Shown: piece after piece, positions 20,537-30,552 of the stretch
Position numbering within the stretch: the stretch's first letter is position 1
Layout: every line of letters begins with the position of its first letter
DNA from: Opitutales bacterium
GTDB lineage: Bacteria > Verrucomicrobiota > Verrucomicrobiia > Opitutales > UBA953
Assembly (NCBI GenBank): GCA_040398005.1
Contig: JBBAUX010000004.1
Span: forward strand, 28,257-92,256
DNA: 64,000 nucleotides
Reading direction: 5' to 3'
Notes under the pieces: model-generated
Told to the model about the DNA's origin: nothing
Databases searched by the model: none
What the model saw: only the letters and a program-made list of their open reading frames with translations
Position numbers and translations under genes: made by a program

Positions 20537-22180
20537 ATGGCTTCCTCGTTTCATTATCAAGAACCGTTTCCGGTTGGTCCCGATAAGACACAGTACCGGC
20601 TGCTGACCAAAGATTTTGTCAGCGTTACTGAATTTGAGGGTAAGCCCATACTGAAAGTTGATCCCGCGGGTCTGACTCTTTTGGCGAATCAGGCTTTTCA
20701 CGATATTAATTTTTATCTGCGTACGAAGCACCTCGAACAGGTTGCACATATTTTAAAAGATCCAGAAGCAAGTGATAACGATCGCTCAGTCGCCCTGGCG
20801 ATGCTGCGTAATGCTGAAGTAGCCGCAAAAGGCGTTTTACCCTTTTGTCAAGATACGGGAACGGCTGCCATCACCGCTAAGAAAGGTCAGCAGGTTTGGA
20901 CGGGAGCTGATGACGCCGAAGCTTTGTCATTAGGAGTTTATCAGGCCTACGCACAAAATAATTTAAGATACTCGCAGTTGGCTCCAACGGATTTATATAC
21001 CGAAAAAAATACCGGTACTAATTTACCGGCCCAAATTGATATCGCGGCCACCGCGGGTATGAAGTATGATTTATTATTCGTCGCGAAGGGCGGGGGCTCG
21101 GCGAATAAGTGTTTATTATTTCAAGAGACTAAGGCGGTTTTAAATCCGAAGTCCTTACCTTTATTTTTAATCGAAAAAATGAAAGGCCTGGGAACGGCGG
21201 CCTGCCCACCTTACCACTTAGCTATTGTGGTCGGAGGAACGTCAGCCGAAGCGACCATGAAGACTGTTAAACTGGCTTCTACGCACTACTATGACGAATT
21301 GCCAACACAGGGCAATGAGCATGGTCAGGCATTCCGTGATACAGCCCTTGAACAAGAATTATTAAAAGCCGCTCATCAACTCGGTATCGGTGCACAGTTT
21401 GGTGGAAAGTGGTTTGCGTTAGATGTGAGAGTCATTCGCTTGCCTCGTCACGGTGCCTCCTGTCCGATTGGCATGGGCGTATCGTGTTCAGCCGATCGTA
21501 ATGCGAAGGCAAAAATTAATAAGGACGGAATTTGGATTGAGCAGCTCGAAGAGAATCCTGGGAAATTTATTCCTGACGAATTAAGAAAGCATCAGGACTC
21601 TACAAAAGTGGTGGCGATTAATTTAAATCGCCCGATGAAAGAAATTTTAGCGGAACTTTCAAAATATCCCGTAACCACACGTTTAGCATTAACTGGAACT
21701 TTAGTAGTCGCACGGGATATTGCGCATGCCAAGTTGCGCCAACGCTTGGAACGTGGCGAAGGTCTGCCGGAATACTTTAAGAACCATCCAGTTTATTATG
21801 CGGGTCCCGCTAAGACTCCGGTGGGTATGCCGTCGGGTTCTTTTGGTCCGACGACGGCTGGACGCATGGATGGCTATGTTGAACTTTTTCAGAAAAATGG
21901 CGGCTCATTAGTGATGATTGCAAAAGGCAATCGCACGCAAATGGTAACCGACTCTTGTAAGAAGTATGGTGGATTTTATTTAGGATCCATCGGTGGCCCC
22001 GCCGCTATTCTTGCCCAAGAGAATATTAAGAAGGTCGAAGTCATTGATTATCCAGAACTGGGGATGGAAGCCGTATGGAAAATCGAGGTCGTTAACTTCC
22101 CAGCCTTTATTCTAGTGGATGATAAGGGTGTAGATTTCTTCCAAAATCTCCCGGCGGGTTGCGGAATTTGTGCGCCTTAA
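20537..22180 (+). CDS. fumA: Class I (Fe-S) fumarate hydratase
   Basis: [38 protein letters not shown] and GPTTAGRMD. FumA versus FumB is not resolvable from sequence. Confidence 0.93.
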   Translation: MASSFHYQEPFPVGPDKTQYRLLTKDFVSVTEFEGKPILKVDPAGLTLLANQAFHDINFYLRTKHLEQVAHILKDPEASDNDRSVALAMLRNAEVAAKGVLPFCQDTGTAAITAKKGQQVWTGADDAEALSLGVYQAYAQNNLRYSQLAPTDLYTEKNTGTNLPAQIDIAATAGMKYDLLFVAKGGGSANKCLLFQETKAVLNPKSLPLFLIEKMKGLGTAACPPYHLAIVVGGTSAEATMKTVKLASTHYYDELPTQGNEHGQAFRDTALEQELLKAAHQLGIGAQFGGKWFALDVRVIRLPRHGASCPIGMGVSCSADRNAKAKINKDGIWIEQLEENPGKFIPDELRKHQDSTKVVAINLNRPMKEILAELSKYPVTTRLALTGTLVVARDIAHAKLRQRLERGEGLPEYFKNHPVYYAGPAKTPVGMPSGSFGPTTAGRMDGYVELFQKNGGSLVMIAKGNRTQMVTDSCKKYGGFYLGSIGGPAAILAQENIKKVEVIDYPELGMEAVWKIEVVNFPAFILVDDKGVDFFQNLPAGCGICAP

Positions 22181-22191
22181 GTTTCGAGAGA

Positions 22192-22220
22192 TTGACTCAC
22201 TAAACTTAGCTAATTATATA
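22192..22220 (+). promoter_or_regulatory. Putative sigma70 promoter directly before the esterase start codon
   Basis: TTGACT-17nt-TATATA, 5 nt before ATG 22226. Confidence 0.5.
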
Positions 22221-22225
22221 GAGAT

Positions 22226-23236
22226 ATGATTACCCCCAGTATTCTATTAGCTTCTTTATTGGCAGCGACTGCACCTGCGGCAGAAACACCTTCAGCAAAG
22301 TCTGTTGAACCCGTGGTTGCTAAAGAGGTCGCAAGTAAGACTTCTGAACCAGCTTCGGAAGACACCCCGGCCGTTCTTAAAAAGAAAGTGGTCTATCCAA
22401 CGACGGTTAAGGTGCAAAAAGACGTCGCCTTCTTGGGCGAAAACCGAAAGGAAAAAGCCGACATTTATTCACCACTGAATCATGACATCACCAAGCCATT
22501 GCCTGGCATTATCGTGATTCACGGGGGTGGATTTAATGACGGTGATAAGGCGCGCGGTCGTGAATTAAACATTTGCGAAAACATAACGCTACAGGGCTAC
22601 GTGTGTATGAGTATTAATTATAAACTACGTAAAATGAAAAATCAGGTAACTTGGCCGCAAAGTGTTTATGATGCTAAGGCTGCCGTTCGCTACATGCGAA
22701 AAGAAGCGAAGAATCTGGGTGTTGATCCGGATAAAATTGGAGCAATCGGCTCCTCTGCCGGTATGAATTTATCCATGATGTTAGCAACCACTGGCCCCGC
22801 CGATGGATTCGACGTAGTTAAAGATGAACCCTATCAGGATATTTCACCCAAGATTAATTGTGCCATTGGTTTCTATGGTGCGGTGGATTTGATGAATTAC
22901 CATGATATGAAGATGTTTGCAAAGACCCGCGAAGAAGCCCCTGAGCTTTATAAACGTGGGTCTCCAATCTATTATATTGATGACAAGGATCCGCCCATGT
23001 TGCTCGTGCATGGTACAGCAGATAAAACGGTACCACTCAGTCAGAGTGAGACCTTCCTGCGTATTTCTAAGGAAAAAGGAGCTAACTGTATTTTAGAAGT
23101 CATCCCCGATGCTCCCCACACTTTTGATTTGCAGCCCAAGCAGCGCGACCTGCGTCCGTTGGTGACTGCATTTTTTGATCAACACCTGAAGGGTAAAGTT
23201 CCAGTTACGGAAGTTAAAGCCCCTGCGACCAAATAA
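22226..23236 (+). CDS. Secreted alpha/beta hydrolase (BD-FAE/carboxylesterase-like)
   Basis: Signal peptide, HGGGF oxyanion loop, GSSAG nucleophile, HGTADKTVP and HTFD. Confidence 0.85.
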   Translation: MITPSILLASLLAATAPAAETPSAKSVEPVVAKEVASKTSEPASEDTPAVLKKKVVYPTTVKVQKDVAFLGENRKEKADIYSPLNHDITKPLPGIIVIHGGGFNDGDKARGRELNICENITLQGYVCMSINYKLRKMKNQVTWPQSVYDAKAAVRYMRKEAKNLGVDPDKIGAIGSSAGMNLSMMLATTGPADGFDVVKDEPYQDISPKINCAIGFYGAVDLMNYHDMKMFAKTREEAPELYKRGSPIYYIDDKDPPMLLVHGTADKTVPLSQSETFLRISKEKGANCILEVIPDAPHTFDLQPKQRDLRPLVTAFFDQHLKGKVPVTEVKAPATK

Positions 23237-23239
23237 ATC

Positions 23240-24595
23240 ATGAGTCATTTTCTTATTCGCCTTTTAGGTGTCGCCCTCGCGGTATCTGGATTGCACGCCG
23301 AACAACAAGTTGAGGTAGCGAAGAAGCCTGGAGAAAAGTTTACACTACAGCAGACGATAACCTTGGCGGATATGCCTTCGGTTAAAGTGGATAGTGGTTT
23401 GAATAAGTATAGCGGAGTGATTGAGCCGAAGCAAAAAGCGACCGGTTTCTTTCGCGTGGAAAATATCAAGGGTCGATGGTGGATAATCGATCCCTTGGGC
23501 GGCCGCTTTATCCATCGCGGCATCGCCTCGGTAAATACCATTCCCACTGATGGTGCGAAAGAGGAGTTAAACAAAAATTTTAAGAATAAAGAAGGGTGGG
23601 CTCGAGCAACCGCTACGCAGCTCACCGAAAATGGATTTAATGGTACTGGGTCGTGGTCCGATGATGCATCCTTGGAGTCGGTGGAACCTCGTCTGGTTTC
23701 AACTAAGCTACTTTCCCTGATGGCGAGTTACGGAAAAACCAAAGGCGCTAAGATGGGTAGAGGAAATATGTCTTATCCTGGTGATTGTCCGTTTATCTTT
23801 GATCCAGAGTTTGCTGAACACTGCAAAAAAGAGTCTCAGAAGTTAATGAAGGATAAAAACAACCCCTGGCTCATGGGTTATTTTACCGATAATGAAATGC
23901 CATGGCGTTTAAATCTGTTAGATAAATTTCTTAAACTCGGTGACGATGAAGCTGGTCGAAAAGCTGTCGAGGCATGGTTGGTGAAAAATAAAATCAATAA
24001 GGATAAAATAACTGATGAAAATCGTTCGGCCTTCTTAGAGTATGCTGCCGATTATTATTTTAGAATCACAACTTCTGCGATACGTGAGGTTGACCCTAAT
24101 CACATGATTCTTGGGGTCCGCTACCATTCGGCTGCTTACAACTTTCCAGCGGTGTTTAAAGCCGCTGGTCGTTATTGTGATGTTATCTCAGTTAACTATT
24201 ACTATGCGTGGACTCCTAGTAAGGAGCTTATGGATATGTGGCTGAAGAATGCACAAAAGCCCTTTATTATCACAGAATGGTATGCGAAGGCGGAAGACAG
24301 TGGAATGGCTAACACAGGCGGGGCAGGTTGGCTCGTGCATACGCAAAAGGATCGTGGTCTGTATTACCAGAATTTCACTCTCTCACTCTTAAAGCATCCA
24401 GGTTGTGTCGGTTGGCATTGGTTTAAGTACGCCGATAACGATTCTGATGCCAAAGGAGTCGATCCCTCTAATTTAGATTCTAACAAAGGAATCGTAACAT
24501 CTCGCTATGTACCGTATCCGCCCTTATTGGAAGCGATGCGTGAAGTCAATCAGCGCACTTACGGGCTGATTGAGGCCATGGATAAGACGAAATAA
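23240..24595 (+). CDS. Secreted clan GH-A glycoside hydrolase (beta-agarase/GH50-like)
   Basis: Signal peptide; ATGFFRVENIKGRWWIIDPLG; GYFTDNE (acid/base); DPNHMILG; DVISVNYY; ITEWY (nucleophile); CVGWHWF. Confidence 0.7.
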   Translation: MSHFLIRLLGVALAVSGLHAEQQVEVAKKPGEKFTLQQTITLADMPSVKVDSGLNKYSGVIEPKQKATGFFRVENIKGRWWIIDPLGGRFIHRGIASVNTIPTDGAKEELNKNFKNKEGWARATATQLTENGFNGTGSWSDDASLESVEPRLVSTKLLSLMASYGKTKGAKMGRGNMSYPGDCPFIFDPEFAEHCKKESQKLMKDKNNPWLMGYFTDNEMPWRLNLLDKFLKLGDDEAGRKAVEAWLVKNKINKDKITDENRSAFLEYAADYYFRITTSAIREVDPNHMILGVRYHSAAYNFPAVFKAAGRYCDVISVNYYYAWTPSKELMDMWLKNAQKPFIITEWYAKAEDSGMANTGGAGWLVHTQKDRGLYYQNFTLSLLKHPGCVGWHWFKYADNDSDAKGVDPSNLDSNKGIVTSRYVPYPPLLEAMREVNQRTYGLIEAMDKTK

Positions 24596-24596
24596 T

Positions 24597-24989
24597 TTAC
24601 TTATCCCACTCGAGGGCACCGCGCTTAATTTCATAAGCGAGCCCCAGAACTAGAGTGAAGAGGAAAACGGAGGTGGCCGCGGTGATGGCAATGCCAGCAG
24701 CTAAAAACTCTCGGTAGACCAAAGCCCAAGGGACGAGAAAGACTACTTCGATATCAAAAAGGATAAAGAGCATTGCGGTCACGTAAAATTTAACCGCGAA
24801 ACGGGGATGTACTTTGCCTTCCGCGGGCAGACCGCACTCGTATGCTTTATCTTTAATATAATTTCCTTTCGCGCGCTGACCAAAGATGTGACTCGCTGCC
24901 AAAATAATGGCGGGCAACATAAGGCCTAGTCCGGCTTGGATTAAGACCGGAAGGTAGGTTGATAATGTTTGGGCTTCAGCGATGACCAT
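24597..24989 (-). CDS. nuoA: NADH-quinone oxidoreductase subunit A
   Basis: KAYECG, FYVTAMLFILFDIEVVFLVPWA and YEIKRGALEW. Start moved to ATG 24989. Confidence 0.93.
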   Translation of the reverse strand: MVIAEAQTLSTYLPVLIQAGLGLMLPAIILAASHIFGQRAKGNYIKDKAYECGLPAEGKVHPRFAVKFYVTAMLFILFDIEVVFLVPWALVYREFLAAGIAITAATSVFLFTLVLGLAYEIKRGALEWDK

Positions 24990-25049
24990 TACAGATAGAT
25001 ACGAAAAAGCCCTTGGCCAAAGTTGCAAGGGCTTTTGTAAAACACTTAA

Positions 25050-26015
25050 TTATTTGGTGTTTTCGGTGGGCGGACTTAATCTTTTATTAAGATCCGCTGT
25101 GGATGTCGGAATTTGCTCCATCAACCAGGAGGGGCAGAGGAACTCGGCTTTTTGACCCACTTGGTTGATTTTATTTTTGGGGTCTGAGTGTTGAACACGC
25201 ACAAAGTATTTAGGCTCTTTGGATTCGGGATTAGTCTCCTTGGCCCAAGTGGTCGTGATAGATCCACCCTCAAATAAATCAAAAATGATGGCACTGGATT
25301 GTTTAAATGCCAGTTCGGTTGTGGTAATGCCTTTTCCTTGCGCATCCGTGATGCGCAGTGTCGCAAGATTGAGTACAAAGTCCTCTAACCAAGGATTTTC
25401 TTGATCATTAAATTTTTTATCTTTGGCTGAGCGCGCAAAGACAGTTTTTCCGTCCGCAAATTTAAAGGTCACACTTTTAACCTCTTCGGGTTTAATAGAA
25501 TATAAAACAGGATTAATCCAAGCGGCGGGGTCTGCCTCGATGTATCCCGTGAAATTCGTCCGAATAGCCGAGGTTTCTCCCTGGATACGCATCGCATTTC
25601 CGAGCGCGTCATCGGTCGGCTTGCCTATTTCAGCGGCAAAAGTCTTTCCGTTCTCACCGGTGATTAAAATTAAAGCGTCCGACAAATTAAGCTTTTCGAG
25701 ACGTTTGGGATTACTGGTGAGCAGGCCGAAGTTCTCAGTTTTTTGAAGAGAGGCGATTAAAGGGAGCAGGCGATTTTCGATATCGGCAGGCAGATCAAAT
25801 CGTTCTTTAACTACCCAAAGGCCATGGAACTGCTCGATGGTCGATGTTTTTCCACCGCTCTTAATCACAAGGCGGGCTGGGCGATTAAGAATCTCATTAT
25901 CGATTAAGGGTTTAGTGACAGGTTTAACTTCGTCGCTCGATTTATTAAAATTTAAGACAACGAGGGTAATCAGTCCAAGCACCAGTGTGCCCACTAAGAG
26001 GGTTTTATTTCGCAT
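25050..26015 (-). CDS. DUF4340-like membrane-anchored protein of the Gld-type ABC module
   Basis: Single N-terminal TM segment, W-V...PAD pattern and position after the GldG-like gene. Confidence 0.6.
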   Translation of the reverse strand: MRNKTLLVGTLVLGLITLVVLNFNKSSDEVKPVTKPLIDNEILNRPARLVIKSGGKTSTIEQFHGLWVVKERFDLPADIENRLLPLIASLQKTENFGLLTSNPKRLEKLNLSDALILITGENGKTFAAEIGKPTDDALGNAMRIQGETSAIRTNFTGYIEADPAAWINPVLYSIKPEEVKSVTFKFADGKTVFARSAKDKKFNDQENPWLEDFVLNLATLRITDAQGKGITTTELAFKQSSAIIFDLFEGGSITTTWAKETNPESKEPKYFVRVQHSDPKNKINQVGQKAEFLCPSWLMEQIPTSTADLNKRLSPPTENTK

Positions 26016-26020
26016 AGAGA

Positions 26021-27895
26021 TTAGGCGCTTTTACGACGACGGTAGAGTGTGTAAAGTAGACCAAAGAGCGCGGCGATGGCGGGTCCGATGAGCAGATTGA
26101 TAATTTGCAGGCGGCGACCGAGGGAGTTGACGTCTTCGTTTAATCCCCGGCGAATAATTCTCCGCTCTTCAGATAGTTTTTCTATCTCCGTTTGGAATCG
26201 TTCGAGCTCCTTCTGCAATTCTGGAGTAATCACTAGCCCTTTAGATAGATCTCCGCCTGAACGTTTTGATATTTCGGTAATCTTGGTATTCGCCGCTTCG
26301 ATACTTTTCTCGATCTGATCGAGTTTCGATTGGTATTTGATTTGCGCTTCACGTTCGAGATTGGCGACTACCTTGAAAGGGCGGAGTGATGTGCCTTTGG
26401 CGCGAAGACTTACTAAGTCGTTACTACCGCCTAAGCTTTCGAGTGCACTCACCACGAACTTGAGATTATCATTAATTTCTTCAGCGACGATTTGTCCGTT
26501 CATTTGTTTTTGTCGGACGGTAAACGGATCCAAAAGGAAATCCGAGTCGGCAACGACCAAGAGTTTTCCAGGTTTGGCTGATTCTTTTAGATGCACAGTC
26601 TTAGAAGGTGCGGCGGGCTTTTTGTTATCGGTCGGTGCACCTAAGGGGAAGGCAGATGGGAAGTTTCCAGTAAACAATGCGGCTAAAATTTTCGCTTCCT
26701 TATTCACGGCAAAACTAGCGGTAGTTTTTTCGAATGGTCCGGCATTGGCGATACTCGTAGCGACTGAACCTGAGGTGGCATTCTTTAGTGTAATTAAGGG
26801 CTCCATCTTGATCCGTTTTTCCGCTCCGGAAATTAAACTCATTTTGCCTGCCTCCATGAAAGAAATTTCGCGTAAGGAGGATACTAACATGGAATCTTTG
26901 GCAAAGGATTCTGAAGTGACGGAGAAAGCAGCGGGGTATTGGATAGGCTGTCCGCGTGAACCGCGAATTGCGACGGAATGTTCCGCATCCCCCGTCAGTG
27001 CTTCAATGTCTACGTTAACTCCCCAGGCCTTGAACAAGCCTGGATCGCTCGCTGCGCCCATGGCCAGCATGGGAGAAACTTGAAAGGGCATGCCCCCTTG
27101 TTGGTATTTTTGGAAACGCGAGAGTGGGTCGACAGCGGCGAAGATGGAGCCACCGTTGAGAAGAAATTGATCAACCGAGTAGGCAAGTTTGTCGGAGAGA
27201 TTATGCGGATGAATTAAAAGAACCACGCTAGTGTCTTTCGGTAATTCTTCAGATTGATTACTTAATGCTGTGACTTCGTAGGTCTGACTTAATTCGGAAA
27301 TCAAAACATCGGCTGGGCCAGGCTCTTGTTGTCCACCTTGGGGCAGTCCGGTAGTGATCGCTAAAGTGCTAATTAGGGCGAGCTTGGGTCGGTCTAAGCG
27401 CATCGCGGAGGTGATTAATTTTGAAATGTCGTACTCCAGGAATTTTTCACGGCTCGGATCAAAAACATTAATTACCTTAATCGTGTCGGCCTGTTGAATG
27501 GTGAGTCCTAGGTAGGCCGTACCATTGAGTGCACCCATACCACTTAAGGCATAACGCTGGGCCCGTTGTTCTTCTTTGGTGTCGGGCTTGGGGTCGGTTA
27601 TTACTAACTTAATTTTTCCTTTAGAGGCGGCGACGTATTCGCGAAGAAGAACTTCGATCCGACGTGAGTAGCTCTCGAGGTAAGGACGCAATTTAACATC
27701 GGAGCGACTCGCGTAGAGTTCGAGCGTGATAGGCTCTTCGATTTTATTTATAATTTTAAGTGAACCTTCCGAGAGCGTGAAGGTGCGGTCTTCGGTGAGG
27801 TCGGCTCGTGGGCTGAGGGTGCTGACGAGAAGATTAACAAAGATGGCAGCGGCGATTACCGCAAAAATAGCCAAGAAGGTTTGGAGGCGTGACAT
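26021..27895 (-). CDS. GldG-family ABC transporter auxiliary component
   Basis: RADLTEDRTFTLS, LEYDISK, DQFLLNGG, VVADSDFL, a coiled coil and a C-terminal TM segment. Confidence 0.85.
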   Translation of the reverse strand: MSRLQTFLAIFAVIAAAIFVNLLVSTLSPRADLTEDRTFTLSEGSLKIINKIEEPITLELYASRSDVKLRPYLESYSRRIEVLLREYVAASKGKIKLVITDPKPDTKEEQRAQRYALSGMGALNGTAYLGLTIQQADTIKVINVFDPSREKFLEYDISKLITSAMRLDRPKLALISTLAITTGLPQGGQQEPGPADVLISELSQTYEVTALSNQSEELPKDTSVVLLIHPHNLSDKLAYSVDQFLLNGGSIFAAVDPLSRFQKYQQGGMPFQVSPMLAMGAASDPGLFKAWGVNVDIEALTGDAEHSVAIRGSRGQPIQYPAAFSVTSESFAKDSMLVSSLREISFMEAGKMSLISGAEKRIKMEPLITLKNATSGSVATSIANAGPFEKTTASFAVNKEAKILAALFTGNFPSAFPLGAPTDNKKPAAPSKTVHLKESAKPGKLLVVADSDFLLDPFTVRQKQMNGQIVAEEINDNLKFVVSALESLGGSNDLVSLRAKGTSLRPFKVVANLEREAQIKYQSKLDQIEKSIEAANTKITEISKRSGGDLSKGLVITPELQKELERFQTEIEKLSEERRIIRRGLNEDVNSLGRRLQIINLLIGPAIAALFGLLYTLYRRRKSA

Positions 27896-27901
27896 GTTAA
27901 A

Positions 27902-28663
27902 TTAGCGACGTTCGATGATGATGGTGCTTAAGCCTAGTCCTCCGAAGGAGAGGGTTAAGAAATAAGCAACGGGTCTTAAATCAACGAGACCGAGGGTGAA
28001 AGGTTCGAGGTTGCGCCAGAGTCCGAGGCGACGAACTTCTTCGATAATATTGCGCGAGAATAGTCCGCCAATAAATTCATCGAACACCCCGTAGCCGATG
28101 AGGACGAGAAGGAAGCAGGCCAAGAATCCGGTAACGAAGGCGATGACTTGATTGCGGGTGAGTGCGGAGGCAATCGATGCAATACCAAGGCAAGCTCCCG
28201 CACAAAGTAGTGAGCCAAGATAACCTGAAACGATTACGCCAACATCGGGGTCGCCGAGATAGCCAATGGTAAAGGCAATCGGTAGGGTAATGAAAAGTGC
28301 AGTCGCTAGAAAAAGCCACGCGGCTAAGAATTTCCCCACGGCTACTTGCCAAACGGAAATAGGCCAGGTCAGTAAAAGTTCGATGGTTCCTTGGCGACGT
28401 TCTTCGGCCCAGAGTCTCGCGCCAGCAGCGGGAGCGAGGAAAGCCCAGAGCCATGGATGATAGAGAAAGAATCGATCGAGATTAGCGACACCCGCTTCAT
28501 AAATATTGCCCACGAAGAAGGCTAAAGAAATCGCGAAGGCATTAAAGACTGCTAAGAAAACGTAAGCTAAGGGCGTGCGAAAGTAGCCGGCAAATTCGCG
28601 ATTGAAAATTGCCCAGACTGCGGACGGTGCACTCGGGGTGGACGGAGAAGATTCAGAAGACAT
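27902..28663 (-). CDS. GldF-like ABC-2 permease
   Basis: REFAGYFRTPLAYVF, RLWAEERRQGTIELLLTWP, GKFLAAW and TRNQVIAF. Confidence 0.88.
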   Translation of the reverse strand: MSSESSPSTPSAPSAVWAIFNREFAGYFRTPLAYVFLAVFNAFAISLAFFVGNIYEAGVANLDRFFLYHPWLWAFLAPAAGARLWAEERRQGTIELLLTWPISVWQVAVGKFLAAWLFLATALFITLPIAFTIGYLGDPDVGVIVSGYLGSLLCAGACLGIASIASALTRNQVIAFVTGFLACFLLVLIGYGVFDEFIGGLFSRNIIEEVRRLGLWRNLEPFTLGLVDLRPVAYFLTLSFGGLGLSTIIIERR

Positions 28664-28667
28664 AAAT

Positions 28668-29372
28668 TTAGGCAGTGAGTTTGCGGAAGACTTCGTTCAA
28701 GTCGGTTCCACGTTGGAGAAATTTTTCTTTCGATTCATCGCAGCGTACTTCGCCGTGAGCGATGACAATGACGCGGGTGCAGAGCTCATCGATTTCTTCG
28801 AGGATATGAGTGGAGACGATGACGGCTTTACGTGAGGCCATCTCTTTAAGAATGCGACGCACCTCAAATTTTTGATTAGGATCCAATCCATCCGTCGGTT
28901 CATCCAAAATTAATACTTCAGGGTCGTGAATCACGGCTTGGGCGAACCCGAGGCGCATGCGGTAACCCTTAGAAAGGGTATCTACCGTTTGATGAGCGAC
29001 TTCATTTAATCGGCACAGCTCGAGGGTTTTCTTAACTCGTTCTGATGGATTGGGAAGATTGCGGAGGTCGGCAGCGAAACGTAAAAATTCTCTGACGGTC
29101 ATTTCGCTATAGGCAGGAGCACCTTCGGGAGAGTAACCCAGGTGGGTTTTAGCTTCGATAGGATGAGCGGAAATATCAAAACCGGCGACGATGGCTTCGC
29201 CGTGGTCGGCGCGTAGGTGTCCGGCGATTAATTTCATCGTGGTTGATTTACCAGCGCCATTGGGCCCGAGAAAACCGACGACTTCTCCGCGTTCGACAGA
29301 GAAAGAAATCCCGCGGACAGCGTGAATCGGCCCGTAAGATTTTTTTAAATTTTTTACTTCGATGAGCGTCAT
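28668..29372 (-). CDS. GldA-like ABC transporter ATP-binding protein
   Basis: GPNGAGKST, LSKGYR, ILDEPTDGLDPNQ and STHIL. Confidence 0.92.
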   Translation of the reverse strand: MTLIEVKNLKKSYGPIHAVRGISFSVERGEVVGFLGPNGAGKSTTMKLIAGHLRADHGEAIVAGFDISAHPIEAKTHLGYSPEGAPAYSEMTVREFLRFAADLRNLPNPSERVKKTLELCRLNEVAHQTVDTLSKGYRMRLGFAQAVIHDPEVLILDEPTDGLDPNQKFEVRRILKEMASRKAVIVSTHILEEIDELCTRVIVIAHGEVRCDESKEKFLQRGTDLNEVFRKLTA

Positions 29373-29375
29373 AAA

Positions 29376-30437
29376 TTAGCGGATTTGTGGAGTGCCTTGG
29401 GCGGCCAAGCGAATGCCAGATTTTTGAAATCTCTCTGAAATTTGAATCATTAATTTTTCATTGAAGTCCATTTGTTTAGCGAGGTTGGGTTTATACCAAT
29501 ACATGAATCGAATATTAATTGCCCACTCGCCAAACTCCATGACGTGAACGAGGGGCGGCATGCGACGATCAAATTCATCGTGTTTCGCTAAAAGTTCCCG
29601 GATGATTTCCACGGCTTCTTTCACTTTCTCGGCGGGCGTATTCATTTCTAAATGCACCAAGTCTTGGGCGCGAATGTAGTCACGACGGGTGATGTTTACA
29701 ATGGAGCGGCTGGCCAAGTCGCCATTCGGAATAGCCACACGTTGACCATCTAAGAGGACGATGACGGTGGAGCGAAGTCCCAGTGACTCTACTTTACCTT
29801 CGTGCGTTCCAATATTAATATTATCACCGAGGGTAAAAGGCTGATCGATGATAAGCATGACGGCGCCGAAGATATTTTTGATGGTATCTTGCGCGGCGAA
29901 ACCTACGGCCACCGCTCCCGTAGCTAGTAAAGCGAGGACGGACTTCGCGGTTTCGGAGTCGATAATAGAAACCGCCTTTACTGTGCCTACTAATACAACC
30001 GCGACGCGAATCACGGTGCTGATCATGGGGACGAGAACATCGTCCAATTTATTATCAGTTTGATCGGCAAATTTTTGAGCCCAGGCGATGGGAACGAGGA
30101 CGAAGTGATAGACGGTGGTCGTGTGAGCGAGTGATAATAAGAGGCTCGTTCCGATTTTAAAATATTCCTGTTTGCTGACGGAAATATGCACCATGTTATG
30201 ATCGACTAAGAGCCAGACGGTATAAGCAGGCAGGAGGACTTGAAGGCTTTTGCCAGCGGCGGTGATCAGTACCTTGGCAATCGGGCTACGGGTTAATTTG
30301 CTGCCCAGCCAGCCGAGGATTTTTTTCACGGCCCAGCCGGTGAAAAAGGCTAGGGCAATCAAGACTGCTGGATTGAATAGTATATCCTCTAAATTGGCCA
30401 AGGCGGCAGTGTTTGTGGGCGTCGGTAACGGATTCAT
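29376..30437 (-). CDS. mscS: Small-conductance mechanosensitive channel family protein
   Basis: GFAAQDTIKNIFG, PFTLGD, GKVESLGLRST and IPNG. Confidence 0.88.
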   Translation of the reverse strand: MNPLPTPTNTAALANLEDILFNPAVLIALAFFTGWAVKKILGWLGSKLTRSPIAKVLITAAGKSLQVLLPAYTVWLLVDHNMVHISVSKQEYFKIGTSLLLSLAHTTTVYHFVLVPIAWAQKFADQTDNKLDDVLVPMISTVIRVAVVLVGTVKAVSIIDSETAKSVLALLATGAVAVGFAAQDTIKNIFGAVMLIIDQPFTLGDNINIGTHEGKVESLGLRSTVIVLLDGQRVAIPNGDLASRSIVNITRRDYIRAQDLVHLEMNTPAEKVKEAVEIIRELLAKHDEFDRRMPPLVHVMEFGEWAINIRFMYWYKPNLAKQMDFNEKLMIQISERFQKSGIRLAAQGTPQIR

Positions 30438-30552
30438 GGTGAAAGTGGATAGGGTAATCGTACTAAAACAGGTATGCTTATATTTTCAAGCGTCACTAAT
30501 CTCCCAATCCGCTTGAAGATTTGCCCACCTCTTGCCACTCTACGGGCAAGGA

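Noticed and set aside
26337..27083. 248-aa plus-strand ORF (and similar long antisense ORFs at 54167-54673, 62790-63335 and 3599-4054)
   Set aside because: Antisense shadows of well-supported genes with no recognisable motifs.
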